Source: an uncultured Gemmatimonadaceae bacterium
Lineage (GTDB): Bacteria; Gemmatimonadota; Gemmatimonadetes; Gemmatimonadales; Gemmatimonadaceae
DNA: 64,000 nt
Assembly (NCBI GenBank): GCA_963740355.1
Contig: CAVUDW010000003.1
Location: 1,568,001 to 1,632,000 of the forward strand
Direction: 5' to 3'
The notes under the pieces are model-generated. The model saw nothing but the letters and a program-made list of their open reading frames with translations. It was not told the origin of the DNA and ran no database searches. Of this stretch, positions 40,521-48,967 are shown one piece after another; the stretch's first letter is position 1; every line of letters starts with the position of its first letter. The translations under genes and the position numbers were made by a program.

Positions 40521-40554
40521 AACAGTGTTATTGAAGGTATAATAACGTCGTTAT
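40519..40554. promoter_or_regulatory. Two TetR-type operators flanking a TATAAT box
   Basis: ATAACA-G-TGTTAT (40519-40531) and ATAACG-T-CGTTAT (40542-40554); TATAAT at 40538-40543. Confidence 0.8.
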
Positions 40555-41182
40555 GACTGATGCAAGCCTGCCCCACGGATCGGATCTCCGACGAGCTGTC
40601 CTCGACGCCGCTCGCGCGCTCTTCACCGCGCATGGTGTGGAGGGTCTCGCCGTGCGACGCGTCGCCGAGCAGGCGGGCTGCACCACGATGGCGCTCTACA
40701 CGCATTTCGCTGGCAAGGACGGCCTGCTCGGCGCCCTGTTCGATGAAGGGTTTGCTGAGCTGGCGCGGGCGCAACGCGAGGTGCCCCGAACGTCCGACGC
40801 CGTCGCGTACGTGCGCGCACTCTGCCTCGCCTATCGCGAGACGGCGCATCGATTTCCGCATCACTACGCACTCATGCTTGGTCGCTTCAGCGGGGCACAC
40901 ACCCCGTCCGCAGCCAGTGCAGCGGCGGCGCGCCAGACCCTCGACGTCCTGGTGCATGCCATCGAGTCAACGCGTCCACGCACGCGTGACCGTCGCGCGC
41001 GCGCCGCTGAGTCGGCGCAAGCGATCTTTGCGTTCTGTCACGGCTGGGTGTCGCTCGAGGCACTGCAGTTCATCCAGCCGGCGGCGGCGACGGAACGCCA
41101 GTTCCTGAATGCCGTCAGCGCCTTGCTGCATGCAGACGCGTTGCCCGCGCCGTCACCGTCGCGCGCACCCATCCCTCGATGA
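40553..41182 (+). CDS. TetR/AcrR regulator (WHG-type C-terminus)
   Basis: VRRVAEQAGCTTMALYTHFAGKDGL HTH; FAFCHGWVSLE. Confidence 0.92.
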   Translation: MTDASLPHGSDLRRAVLDAARALFTAHGVEGLAVRRVAEQAGCTTMALYTHFAGKDGLLGALFDEGFAELARAQREVPRTSDAVAYVRALCLAYRETAHRFPHHYALMLGRFSGAHTPSAASAAAARQTLDVLVHAIESTRPRTRDRRARAAESAQAIFAFCHGWVSLEALQFIQPAAATERQFLNAVSALLHADALPAPSPSRAPIPR

Positions 41183-41279
41183 CAGCGGTCGCCTCGGTCC
41201 CGCGGACTGTGACGAGTGGTAACCACAGTCGCGAACGGAGCCGGCTGAGTGCTGGGGCCCAGGCGACTAGCTTCAGGTT

Positions 41280-41684
41280 ATGTCTTCGGCTGCCATGATC
41301 TGGCTCCTCCTGCTGCACCTGTTCGCGCCGACGCGGGAACAGCCCGCGGCGTGGGGTGCGGCCGTCACAGGGCAGTCGCGATCGGCCGGTGTGCATGCGT
41401 CCATGCAGCCGACGAGTTCGCTGGATAGGGCGCACGAAAGGACGCCGGAGGAATTCGTTCGCGCGTCCGCACGGGTCGCGGCCGCGACGGGTCTGCGCCA
41501 ATCGTGGCCCGTGCCATTCGCAGGGCGGACAGGTGGTGGCCTCAAAGCGAGCGCTGCAGGACTCCAGCATCTCGCAGGAACAGCACGTCAAGTTCTGCTG
41601 ACCCACGGCACCGAGACCCACCGCCTCGCATCCCGCGGTTCCGTACTGCCGTACTTCCCGACGGCCCCGCCCCGACAGGCCTAG
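41280..41684 (+). CDS. Hypothetical protein
   Basis: ORF with hydrophobic N-terminus and a PYFPTAPP C-terminus; no family recognised. Confidence 0.35.
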   Translation: MSSAAMIWLLLLHLFAPTREQPAAWGAAVTGQSRSAGVHASMQPTSSLDRAHERTPEEFVRASARVAAATGLRQSWPVPFAGRTGGGLKASAAGLQHLAGTARQVLLTHGTETHRLASRGSVLPYFPTAPPRQA

Positions 41685-41873
41685 TCGATCCGCCCTGCTC
41701 CTGACGCGCCATGCGCGCCTCAGCGGTCCAAACATCGGGCGGTCGCCCCCAATGCTCCTCTCACTGCCCCGAGCCACGCTGCACGGGGCCCTTCGGCATC
41801 GCCTCCGCCCGCGGTCAGGCTGGTGCGCCTATGCGCCCACGAACCGCCTGCTCGGGCTCCACGTGGAGTACCC

Positions 41874-42137
41874 ATGACTCATTCAATACCGCCACGCACG
41901 AACGAACTCGCCGCGCCTTGGTACCGTCGAGAGATGTGGCTCGCCGTCTGTCTCGCGTCATTCGTTCCCGTCTGCATCGCGATCGTCGCCCCGCCTGAAT
42001 GGAAGGTGCCGCTGATCGGGCTCGCCGGCGCAGTGATGATGGCCAGCATCGTGATGCTCATTCGGCAGTACCGGCAGGCTGGCGAGCAGCAGACTCGCGA
42101 GGGTGTGCGGTCGGATCAGACGACAGCAGCCGGCTGA
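41874..42137 (+). CDS. Small 2-TM membrane protein
   Basis: GGAG RBS, two hydrophobic helices. Confidence 0.6.
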   Translation: MTHSIPPRTNELAAPWYRREMWLAVCLASFVPVCIAIVAPPEWKVPLIGLAGAVMMASIVMLIRQYRQAGEQQTREGVRSDQTTAAG

Positions 42138-42230
42138 CGGCGGGACGGACGACTTTCGCGGGTGGTGGCAGTTCCGACCGAATGGCGCCGCCACCACCCC
42201 AACTCATCAACGTCTCACCTCGCACCGCCC

Positions 42231-43021
42231 ATGCCTCACGACACGGCCCTCATTGCGACCATCGCCGCGGGACTTGGGCTGGCCTTCCTGTTCGGCCTCG
42301 TAGCGACTCGATACAAACTCCCACCCATCCTCGGCTACCTGCTGGCCGGCGTCGCAGTGGGCCCCTTTACACCAGGCTTCGTCGCCGACTCCGGACTGTC
42401 GTCGCAGCTTGCCGAGATCGGCGTCATTCTGCTGATGTTCGGCGTCGGCCTGCACTTCTCGATCAGCGATCTGCTGGCGGTGCGCCGGATCGCGGTTCCC
42501 GGCGCGATCGGACTGATGGTGATCGCGACGGCCTGCGGCGCGGTGCTCACGCAATTCTGGGGATGGTCGTGGGGGTCCGGAATCGTGTTCGGCCTCTGTC
42601 TGTCCGTCGCCAGCACGGTGGTGCTGCTGCGCGCCTTCGAGGATCGTGGCATCCTTGATTCAGCCGATGGCCGCCTCGCAGTTGGGTGGCTGATCGTGGA
42701 AGACCTGGTCACCGTGCTCGCCCTCGTGCTGTTGCCGGCACTCTCGCCGGCGCTTGGCGCGCCCACCTCGAGCACACGCGGCTCGTGATCGTGGCTGCCC
42801 CCGACGCATTTCAGGCGCGCGCGATTTTGGCCCTCTGCTTCCAGCTCAACCCCGGCGTCGAGGTGCTGGTGCGGACGCACAGCGACGAGGAGCGCGAGTT
42901 CCTCGAGTCGATGGGGGCGGCCAAGGCGCTGGTCGGCGAGCGCGAGCTGGCCATCAGCCTCACCCGCGAGGCGCTGCGCCGCTACGGCGTGGCGCCAGAC
43001 ATGGAAGCCGAATTCCGGTGA
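42231..43021 (+). pseudogene. ybaL: Internally deleted Kef-type K+/H+ antiporter (YbaL-like)
   Basis: N-terminus MPHDT.LIATIA..GL...GYLLAG...GPFTPG...WLIVED stops at 42788; TrkA-N tail (HLEH.RL.IVA.PD.FQ...RTHS...GE.ELA) follows in another frame; the middle is missing. Confidence 0.85.
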
Positions 43022-43149
43022 CAGTGCACGGAATTCCCGAAATCCGGTGACAGTGCACGGAATTCGAATTCGATGACGCGGCACGAAATCGCGTCAGTAG
43101 CGGTGGCAGCGCACGAGCTCGATGGGAATGCGTGCACTGTCACCGGATT
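43011..43149. repeat. REP/BIME-like cluster (CCGGTGACAGTGCACG)
   Basis: Direct copies at 43011-43036 and 43041-43065, inverted copy at 43124-43149, degenerate copy near 43101. Confidence 0.85.
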
Positions 43150-43231
43150 GGCGGCGGTATCATCGTCCTGTGCACGCTGCCACCTTTCGGCCACTAACTC
43201 GCAGATCCACGCGCCTCAGGAGCCTCACCCG

Positions 43232-44149
43232 ATGAAGTCGTCCGTTGTCGTGAAATTGCCGCTCGCCGGCGCACTGATCCTTGCGATCGCCGCTTGCGGC
43301 GGCTCGCCCAAGCCCGCAGCTGATTCGACGGCGGCCAGCGCCGCGCCGGCTGCAACGGCGGCCGGCGACTTCCGCGCGCCGCTCGGAGTCCAGCTGTGGA
43401 GCTTTCGCACGCTCTCGAAGGATGTCCCGGCGATGCTGTCCACGGTCAGTGGCATGGGCTTCACACACGTCGAGACTGCAGGCCTCTATGGCAAGTCGCG
43501 CACGGAGTTCGCCGAGGCGCTGCGCACAGCCGGGCTGAAGGCCACGTCGATGCATGTGGGCTATGAGGACCTGAAGAACCATCCCGACAGCGTGATCGCC
43601 GACGCCAAGGCGCTCGGTGCGGAGTACGTCGGCATTGCCTGGTACCCGCATGACTCGACCGGCTTCACACCCGCCAATGCCAAGCAAGCGGTGCAGGACT
43701 TCAACGCGTTCGGGAAGACATTGAAGGCGGCGGGGCTCAAGTTCTTCTATCACAACCACGGCTACGAGCCGGTGCCGTTTGGTGACGGCACGTTGCTCGA
43801 CGTGATCATCAAGGAGACCGACCCGGCGCTGGTCAGCTTCGAGATGGATGTGCTGTGGACGTGGCTCCCCGGCCAGGACCCCGTGGGCCTGATCGCCAAG
43901 TATCCAGGTCGCTTCAAGCTGATGCACATCAAGGACATGAAGCCCGGCGTGCCGCGCGGCTCACTCGCCGGCGGCGTTGCTGACTCGCTCAAGGCGCCGA
44001 TCGGTGCTGGACAGGTGGACTGGCCTGCACTGCTGCAGGCTGCAGAGAAGGACGGGTTCGTGGAGTTCTACGTCGAGGACGAGACCACCGATCCGGTCAA
44101 GAATGCGCCGCAGAGCATCGCGTATCTGCGGGGCTTGAAGTACAAGTAG
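43232..44149 (+). CDS. Sugar phosphate isomerase/epimerase (xylose-isomerase-like TIM barrel) lipoprotein
   Basis: Lipobox IAAC; GVQLWS.R, YHNH.YE, FEMD..W, H.KD, YVE. Confidence 0.9.
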   Translation: MKSSVVVKLPLAGALILAIAACGGSPKPAADSTAASAAPAATAAGDFRAPLGVQLWSFRTLSKDVPAMLSTVSGMGFTHVETAGLYGKSRTEFAEALRTAGLKATSMHVGYEDLKNHPDSVIADAKALGAEYVGIAWYPHDSTGFTPANAKQAVQDFNAFGKTLKAAGLKFFYHNHGYEPVPFGDGTLLDVIIKETDPALVSFEMDVLWTWLPGQDPVGLIAKYPGRFKLMHIKDMKPGVPRGSLAGGVADSLKAPIGAGQVDWPALLQAAEKDGFVEFYVEDETTDPVKNAPQSIAYLRGLKYK

Positions 44150-44256
44150 TGCGTTCCGCCGCGAGCCGCTTCGGCGTTCCGCGGCGCGGTCGGATCACGC
44201 GGTCCGAGCTGCTGTCGCGCTTACAGTCCTGACGCAGCCACGCACGCACGAAACGA

Positions 44257-44288
44257 CGAACGGCGCCCGCAAACTCGGGCGCCGTTCG
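44257..44288. terminator. Hairpin / bidirectional terminator
   Basis: CGAACGGCGCCCG-caaact-CGGGCGCCGTTCG between convergent genes. Confidence 0.75.
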
Positions 44289-44373
44289 CATTTCTCCGTA
44301 TTGCTACGTCCAGCCGGTCGCGCACGGTCGTGCGCGTGGCGTGTGCGTCGCGAGCCGTTCCCCTACGTCTAGG

Positions 44374-44928
44374 CTAGAGCGCAGCCGCAAGCGCCGTCAT
44401 GCCGCGTTCAAAGCCGTCATGCGGACCACTCGCTCCAAACATGCCGGACTGTTCGAGCACCACGTAGCCGTGCAGGAACGCCCACACGGCGACGGCGCCG
44501 GCGGTGTCATCGACTTTCGCGGTGCAGTCACCAACCAGTTGCAGGAGCTGATTCCACAGTGCCTTGCGCGCATCCAGATGACCCGCTGCGTATGGCGCCA
44601 CAAGCATGCTGTATCGTGCTGGCGAGGTACGCGCGAAGCTGAGGTAGGCGTCTGCTGCCGTGCGAAGATCGTCACGCGCGCCACGAGCCACGTCCTTTCG
44701 CCGGGCGACTGCGGCTTCAATCGACGAGCGGAGCGACTCAGCGACCTGTTCCGCGATCATCGCCTCCAACGTCGCCAGATCGCCGACGTGTTTGTACAGC
44801 GAGGCCGGGCGCACGCTCAGTGACTCAGCGAGTGCACGCATGCCCAATGAGTCGCGCCCCTGTGTGTCGAGGATGGAGAGCGCCGCGTCGATGATCGCCG
44901 GCGTGGAGAGTTTGGAGGGGTAGGCCAT
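44374..44928 (-). CDS. TetR/AcrR regulator
   Basis: LGMRALAESLSVRPASLYKHV HTH; WAFLHGYV.LE. Confidence 0.92.
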   Translation of the reverse strand: MAYPSKLSTPAIIDAALSILDTQGRDSLGMRALAESLSVRPASLYKHVGDLATLEAMIAEQVAESLRSSIEAAVARRKDVARGARDDLRTAADAYLSFARTSPARYSMLVAPYAAGHLDARKALWNQLLQLVGDCTAKVDDTAGAVAVWAFLHGYVVLEQSGMFGASGPHDGFERGMTALAAAL

Positions 44929-44931
44929 AGA

Positions 44932-45001
44932 GAACACTGTACGTCTTGACATGATCCAAGGCAAGGAGTACAGTGTTCGCCATACAAGGCGTACAGTGTT
45001 C
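44932..45001. promoter_or_regulatory. Three TetR operators overlapping a sigma-70 promoter
   Basis: GAACACTGTAC at 44932 and GTACAGTGTTC at 44968 and 44991; TTGACA(44946)-17 bp-TACAGT(44969). Confidence 0.8.
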
Positions 45002-45022
45002 ACCTTACCAAGGAGCGTGCAT

Positions 45023-45481
45023 ATGAGCACTCCAGATCGCGTTCACGACACCGCGCCACGCAGCGCATTCACTGGCGCCGCAGAGTCCGACCGGGCGTCC
45101 ACGCCAAGCGCTGCGACCGGCGGCGTCCGACTCGTGCTTCAGGCTGAAGGGTTCGCGGTACTTCTGCTGGCCGCCGTGCTGTACCGTCAGGGCGGGCACG
45201 GCTGGGGACTGTTCGCTGCACTGTTCCTGGCACCGGACGTCAGCTTCGTCGCGTACCTCGCAGGACCGCGGGCGGGGGCCACCGCCTACAATGCCTTCCA
45301 CAGCTACGTCGGTCCGATCGCGTTGCTACTCGTCGCGCTCACTGTTCCCAGCGCCGGCGTCATTCCGTTTGTGCACATCTGGGCTGCGCACATCGGTTTC
45401 GACCGCCTGATGCGATACGGCCTGAAGTATCCTGGCGATTTCCATCACACGCATCTGGGCTCGAAGCGGCGGACAGTGTGA
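45023..45481 (+). CDS. DUF4260 family membrane protein
   Basis: LFLAPD.S..AY..GP..GA..YN.FH.Y, W.AHIGFDR...YGLKY...F..THLG. Confidence 0.9.
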   Translation: MSTPDRVHDTAPRSAFTGAAESDRASTPSAATGGVRLVLQAEGFAVLLLAAVLYRQGGHGWGLFAALFLAPDVSFVAYLAGPRAGATAYNAFHSYVGPIALLLVALTVPSAGVIPFVHIWAAHIGFDRLMRYGLKYPGDFHHTHLGSKRRTV

Positions 45482-45653
45482 CATCGTGTCCCTCGGTCGA
45501 ACGCAGTCGCAAGCGCACAACCCGTAGGCGGCCATGGCCGTACTTTCACTGACTAAGCGGGAGTCAGAAAGAGCATGATAAACTTTGCAAATCGGAGTTG
45601 TTTGTGCAGTCTATCAACTGCCTAGCTTGCCAATTGCTGGCTTTACTATGCTC

Positions 45654-45685
45654 TTGACTGAAGAATATGCATGGTATACCATGCA
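45654..45685 (+). promoter_or_regulatory. Sigma-70 promoter with a perfect 18-bp palindrome
   Basis: TTGACT(45654)-17 bp-TACCAT(45677); TGCATGGTATACCATGCA at 45668-45685. Confidence 0.75.
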
Positions 45686-45741
45686 GACAGCTCTAACCTC
45701 TGACCCGTCCGCTCCGCACCCTCGCACCACCCATCGCTGCC

Positions 45742-46263
45742 ATGCCCGCCCGCGCCGACACACAGTGGCTCCGACTCCGGCAGGCCATCGCCCTCCTTGA
45801 GCCGTGGGAGGGACTACAAACGGCCCGCGCCCCGATTCAGGGGTGGGTGTCGACGATCCGTCGGGCGCTCGGGATGAGCAGCGCGCAGCTCGCGGCGCGG
45901 ATGCGAATCAGTCGGCAGTCGCTCGAGGCGCTCGAGGCACGGGAAGTCACCGGCACAGCGACCGTCGATGCACTTCGCCGCGCCGCTGACGCGCTCGATT
46001 GCGACCTGGTGTACGCACTGGTTCCACGGCACGGGTCGCTCGAGTCTGTGGTCACCGCAAAGGCTCGCCGGGTCGCCGAGCGGCTCGTCGGTCGCGCGGG
46101 ACACACGATGACCCTCGAGCAGCAGACCGTGCCCGTGCGTGAGGCGGAGCACCAGATCGCAGTCCTCACCCGTCGCCTTCTGGCCGAGTGGCCGCGCGGC
46201 CTCTGGGATGAGATCGACGATCCGCCCCCCCGCGACGAACGCGCGACAGGCGACGTGGCGTGA
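45742..46263 (+). CDS. Mobile mystery protein A (XRE-type HTH)
   Basis: P..GWV..IR.ALGMS..QLA.R, E..G...L..AA.ALDC.LVYA.VP, HTM.LE.Q, LWD. Confidence 0.9.
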   Translation: MPARADTQWLRLRQAIALLEPWEGLQTARAPIQGWVSTIRRALGMSSAQLAARMRISRQSLEALEAREVTGTATVDALRRAADALDCDLVYALVPRHGSLESVVTAKARRVAERLVGRAGHTMTLEQQTVPVREAEHQIAVLTRRLLAEWPRGLWDEIDDPPPRDERATGDVA

Positions 46264-46904
46264 CGGCGCCGGACGGGCCGGCGACGCCGCCACAGAGGCG
46301 GGGCGCCTTCGCCGTCGGCGCTCACATCGCCGGCGCCACGCCGGTTGATCCCGACGAGGCGGCGGACCTCATTCCCCCCGGCATCGAGACGGTCGAGCAA
46401 CTCAATGCCTTGGAGCAGACGAACATCTTGTCTGCGACGGAGTGGGCGCTGCGTCATCGGCGGCGTCACACGCCAGCGGCGGTGCTCAGCGAAGCGTTCC
46501 TGTTCGACCTGCATCGTCGCATGTTCGACGAAACCTGGCGATGGGCGGGTAAGACTCGCCGCACCGACAAGAACATCGGCGTCCACTGGCCGACCATTCG
46601 CGTCGCGCTGCGCGAGCGCGTCAGGGATGCGCAGTTGTGGCTGACCGAATCGGTATTCTCGCTCGACGAGGTGGCCGTGCGTCTACACCACGGCATCGTG
46701 CTGGTCCATCCCTTCCCGAATGGGAACGGCCGGTGGAGCCGGTTGGTGGCTGACACCTTCATGCATGCACACCGACGTGCACCGTTCGACTGGGGCGCGA
46801 GGAACCTCACGAGCGCAGGCGAGGCACGTGCGGCGTACCTCGCCGCTCTCCGGGCAGCAGATCACGGCGACTTTGCGCCGATCCTGAAATTCGCGCGATC
46901 GTAA
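46260..46904 (+). CDS. Mobile mystery protein B (Fic domain)
   Basis: GATP.DPDE...LIP, LN..EQ.NI, LH.RMF...W.WAG..R...KNIGV, HPFPNGNGRWSR; GTGA coupling with protein A. Confidence 0.92.
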   Translation: MTAPDGPATPPQRRGAFAVGAHIAGATPVDPDEAADLIPPGIETVEQLNALEQTNILSATEWALRHRRRHTPAAVLSEAFLFDLHRRMFDETWRWAGKTRRTDKNIGVHWPTIRVALRERVRDAQLWLTESVFSLDEVAVRLHHGIVLVHPFPNGNGRWSRLVADTFMHAHRRAPFDWGARNLTSAGEARAAYLAALRAADHGDFAPILKFARS

Positions 46905-47110
46905 CTGCTGCGGACCGAGCGCGCTGCTCGAAGCTCAGGTGCGTGGCCGACCGCGCGCGGCAACAACGCGGACCAGGACACTGGCATTGCCCGTTCGTGG
47001 TTAGAGGCTGATCGGCCGAGGGCATCGCGCGCTCGCGCGTCGATCAGTGCCGAGGGTAGCTCAAAACCAAACGACCGCCAGCGCCTCTTCGGCACCGACG
47101 GTCGTTCAGC

Positions 47111-47152
47111 TATTGCCCCTCCTGGGCTCGAACCAGGACTCTTCTGATCCAG
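47111..47152 (-). repeat. att-like copy of the tRNA-Gln 3' half (42 bp)
   Basis: Identical to 54696-54737 and 50634-50675. Confidence 0.95.
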
Positions 47153-47332
47153 GAGGTGGCTAAACGGAAGACATGTGTGCCTGCTGCATCGGCTCCCAAT
47201 GCGATCTCGCTTCGGTGCGCAAGATAAGCCAGACGAGCAGAGTGCATTCCGTGGCGCGCGAGCGGCACGAGTCAACAATCCAGTTCTTCGGGACCTCTCA
47301 GGTTCACACGCTGTCACCCAATGCTGCGTGAT

Positions 47333-48748
47333 TCACGGCGCGAGCCGCACCGTGTCCAGGCTGATGACGTCGGGAATTGAGCGGTCGCCGCCGGCGATCA
47401 CCCGCGCGCAGACTACGACTTCGCGCACGCCACAGGTCACGCGATGACCTACCGCGATCCCATCGAGGTGAACGCGGCCAAGACGGCCCCCGGACGTGAC
47501 ACTGCGCCATGCACCGCCATCAGCAGACTCTCCGTCGAGCGAGGGTACTCTGGAGCGCACCTCGGACGTCGTACCGGGCAACGTGGCGTCCGGCGTCACC
47601 GCGCCGTACATCGACCCATTGCTTGCCTGCGTGATCACGACACGCGCGCCGGTACCGTCCGGAGCACGGAGCGTTACGACGTTCGTGTCACTGGAGTACG
47701 AGGCGTTCGAACCCGTCACGCTCGTATAGCCGCCAACGGCGCGAAGCACGCTGCTGTCGGCGGCGTTCCGCAACAGCTGGTACGGCGTGACCGTGAACGG
47801 CACTCCGGGGAAGATCGGCGTGACGCGCCTCCCTGTGGAGCACATTACGACGCCGCTCGCGGTGAGGCCGCAGGTCACCAGTCCGTTTTCGTCGTTGAGC
47901 AGGCGCACGATGTTTGAATCACTCGGTATCGGCAACCACGTGCGGTTTGCGAAAACGTACCCGCCACCGGTCTCACTCCCGAGCACACCCTTCCAGAGCG
48001 CGCCGCCCGCAGTGCGCCCCACTGAGCCACGGAACTCCACGAACGGTGGGTGCGTGATGTCGTTTGGCACAGTCGAGTCGGGACCGAAGCCCGTCCAGAA
48101 TGCATCGGGGCCGACTCCATTCCAGCACGCAGTGTTGCCATCGGTGAGCAGGGCGCACGCGCCCACGAGGCTAGCCGACAGCGACCGTACGGGTGCCGAG
48201 AACCGCAACCAGCGCGGCGTGGGCTGGAACTGCCCCGGACCGACGCAGGCGACGCGACCGCCCTGCTGGAAACACACTGACTCGGCGCCTGACGTCACGA
48301 CCGTGTCGGCCACCAGCGGTATGCCGCGACGAGCGAGCGTGAATCGACGCGTGAATTCCACCAGGCCGTCACCCCAGTATGTGCCGAGCGACAACACCTG
48401 CGCTGGCGAATCACTCGGCAGCCAGAGCACGCGTACGAGGCCCGTTGCCGTGTCGGCAGCAATCGATAGCGCGCGCCGTTCCCAGTCGCGCGATCGGAGC
48501 CAGCCGGTTGTCGCACTGCTGCGTGAGAGCCGCCAGAACTCTCGCACGCGCTGCCCCGACGCATCCAGCAACTCGAACAGCAACGTGTCAGGCACCGGCG
48601 TGAGGGGCTCCGCCACGCGGATCGTCCCAGGGGAGACGAGGCGCAACGTGTACGCGGAGTTGCCAGTCTGCGGCTCGCTCGCGGTTTCGCCGCATGCGGT
48701 GAATGCGACAATCGCTGCGGCCAGAACCATACGGGCTGAATAGCGCAT
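47333..48748 (-). CDS. Hypothetical lipoprotein with degenerate RCC1-like blades
   Basis: Lipobox FTAC; ACALLTDGNTACW and TCGLTASGVVMC motifs. Confidence 0.6.
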   Translation of the reverse strand: MRYSARMVLAAAIVAFTACGETASEPQTGNSAYTLRLVSPGTIRVAEPLTPVPDTLLFELLDASGQRVREFWRLSRSSATTGWLRSRDWERRALSIAADTATGLVRVLWLPSDSPAQVLSLGTYWGDGLVEFTRRFTLARRGIPLVADTVVTSGAESVCFQQGGRVACVGPGQFQPTPRWLRFSAPVRSLSASLVGACALLTDGNTACWNGVGPDAFWTGFGPDSTVPNDITHPPFVEFRGSVGRTAGGALWKGVLGSETGGGYVFANRTWLPIPSDSNIVRLLNDENGLVTCGLTASGVVMCSTGRRVTPIFPGVPFTVTPYQLLRNAADSSVLRAVGGYTSVTGSNASYSSDTNVVTLRAPDGTGARVVITQASNGSMYGAVTPDATLPGTTSEVRSRVPSLDGESADGGAWRSVTSGGRLGRVHLDGIAVGHRVTCGVREVVVCARVIAGGDRSIPDVISLDTVRLAP

Positions 48749-48967
48749 GATGATAATATACCGTCGCACTGGCCTCGAGGTCACGCCAGCCGCGCTACGG
48801 CCCGGCTCAAGAACAACACGCTTCCCCGTGCGCTGTGATATGTCGAGCGAGATGCTTCAACGAGGCCCTTGTCACGAAAGAGCCAGAAAGCGAGTTGCCC
48901 TCCTTGCACGCGCTCAGGCTCGCCGAGCAGACCTGCAGAGTTTCGCGCCGCGCTGCACATTGACCCG

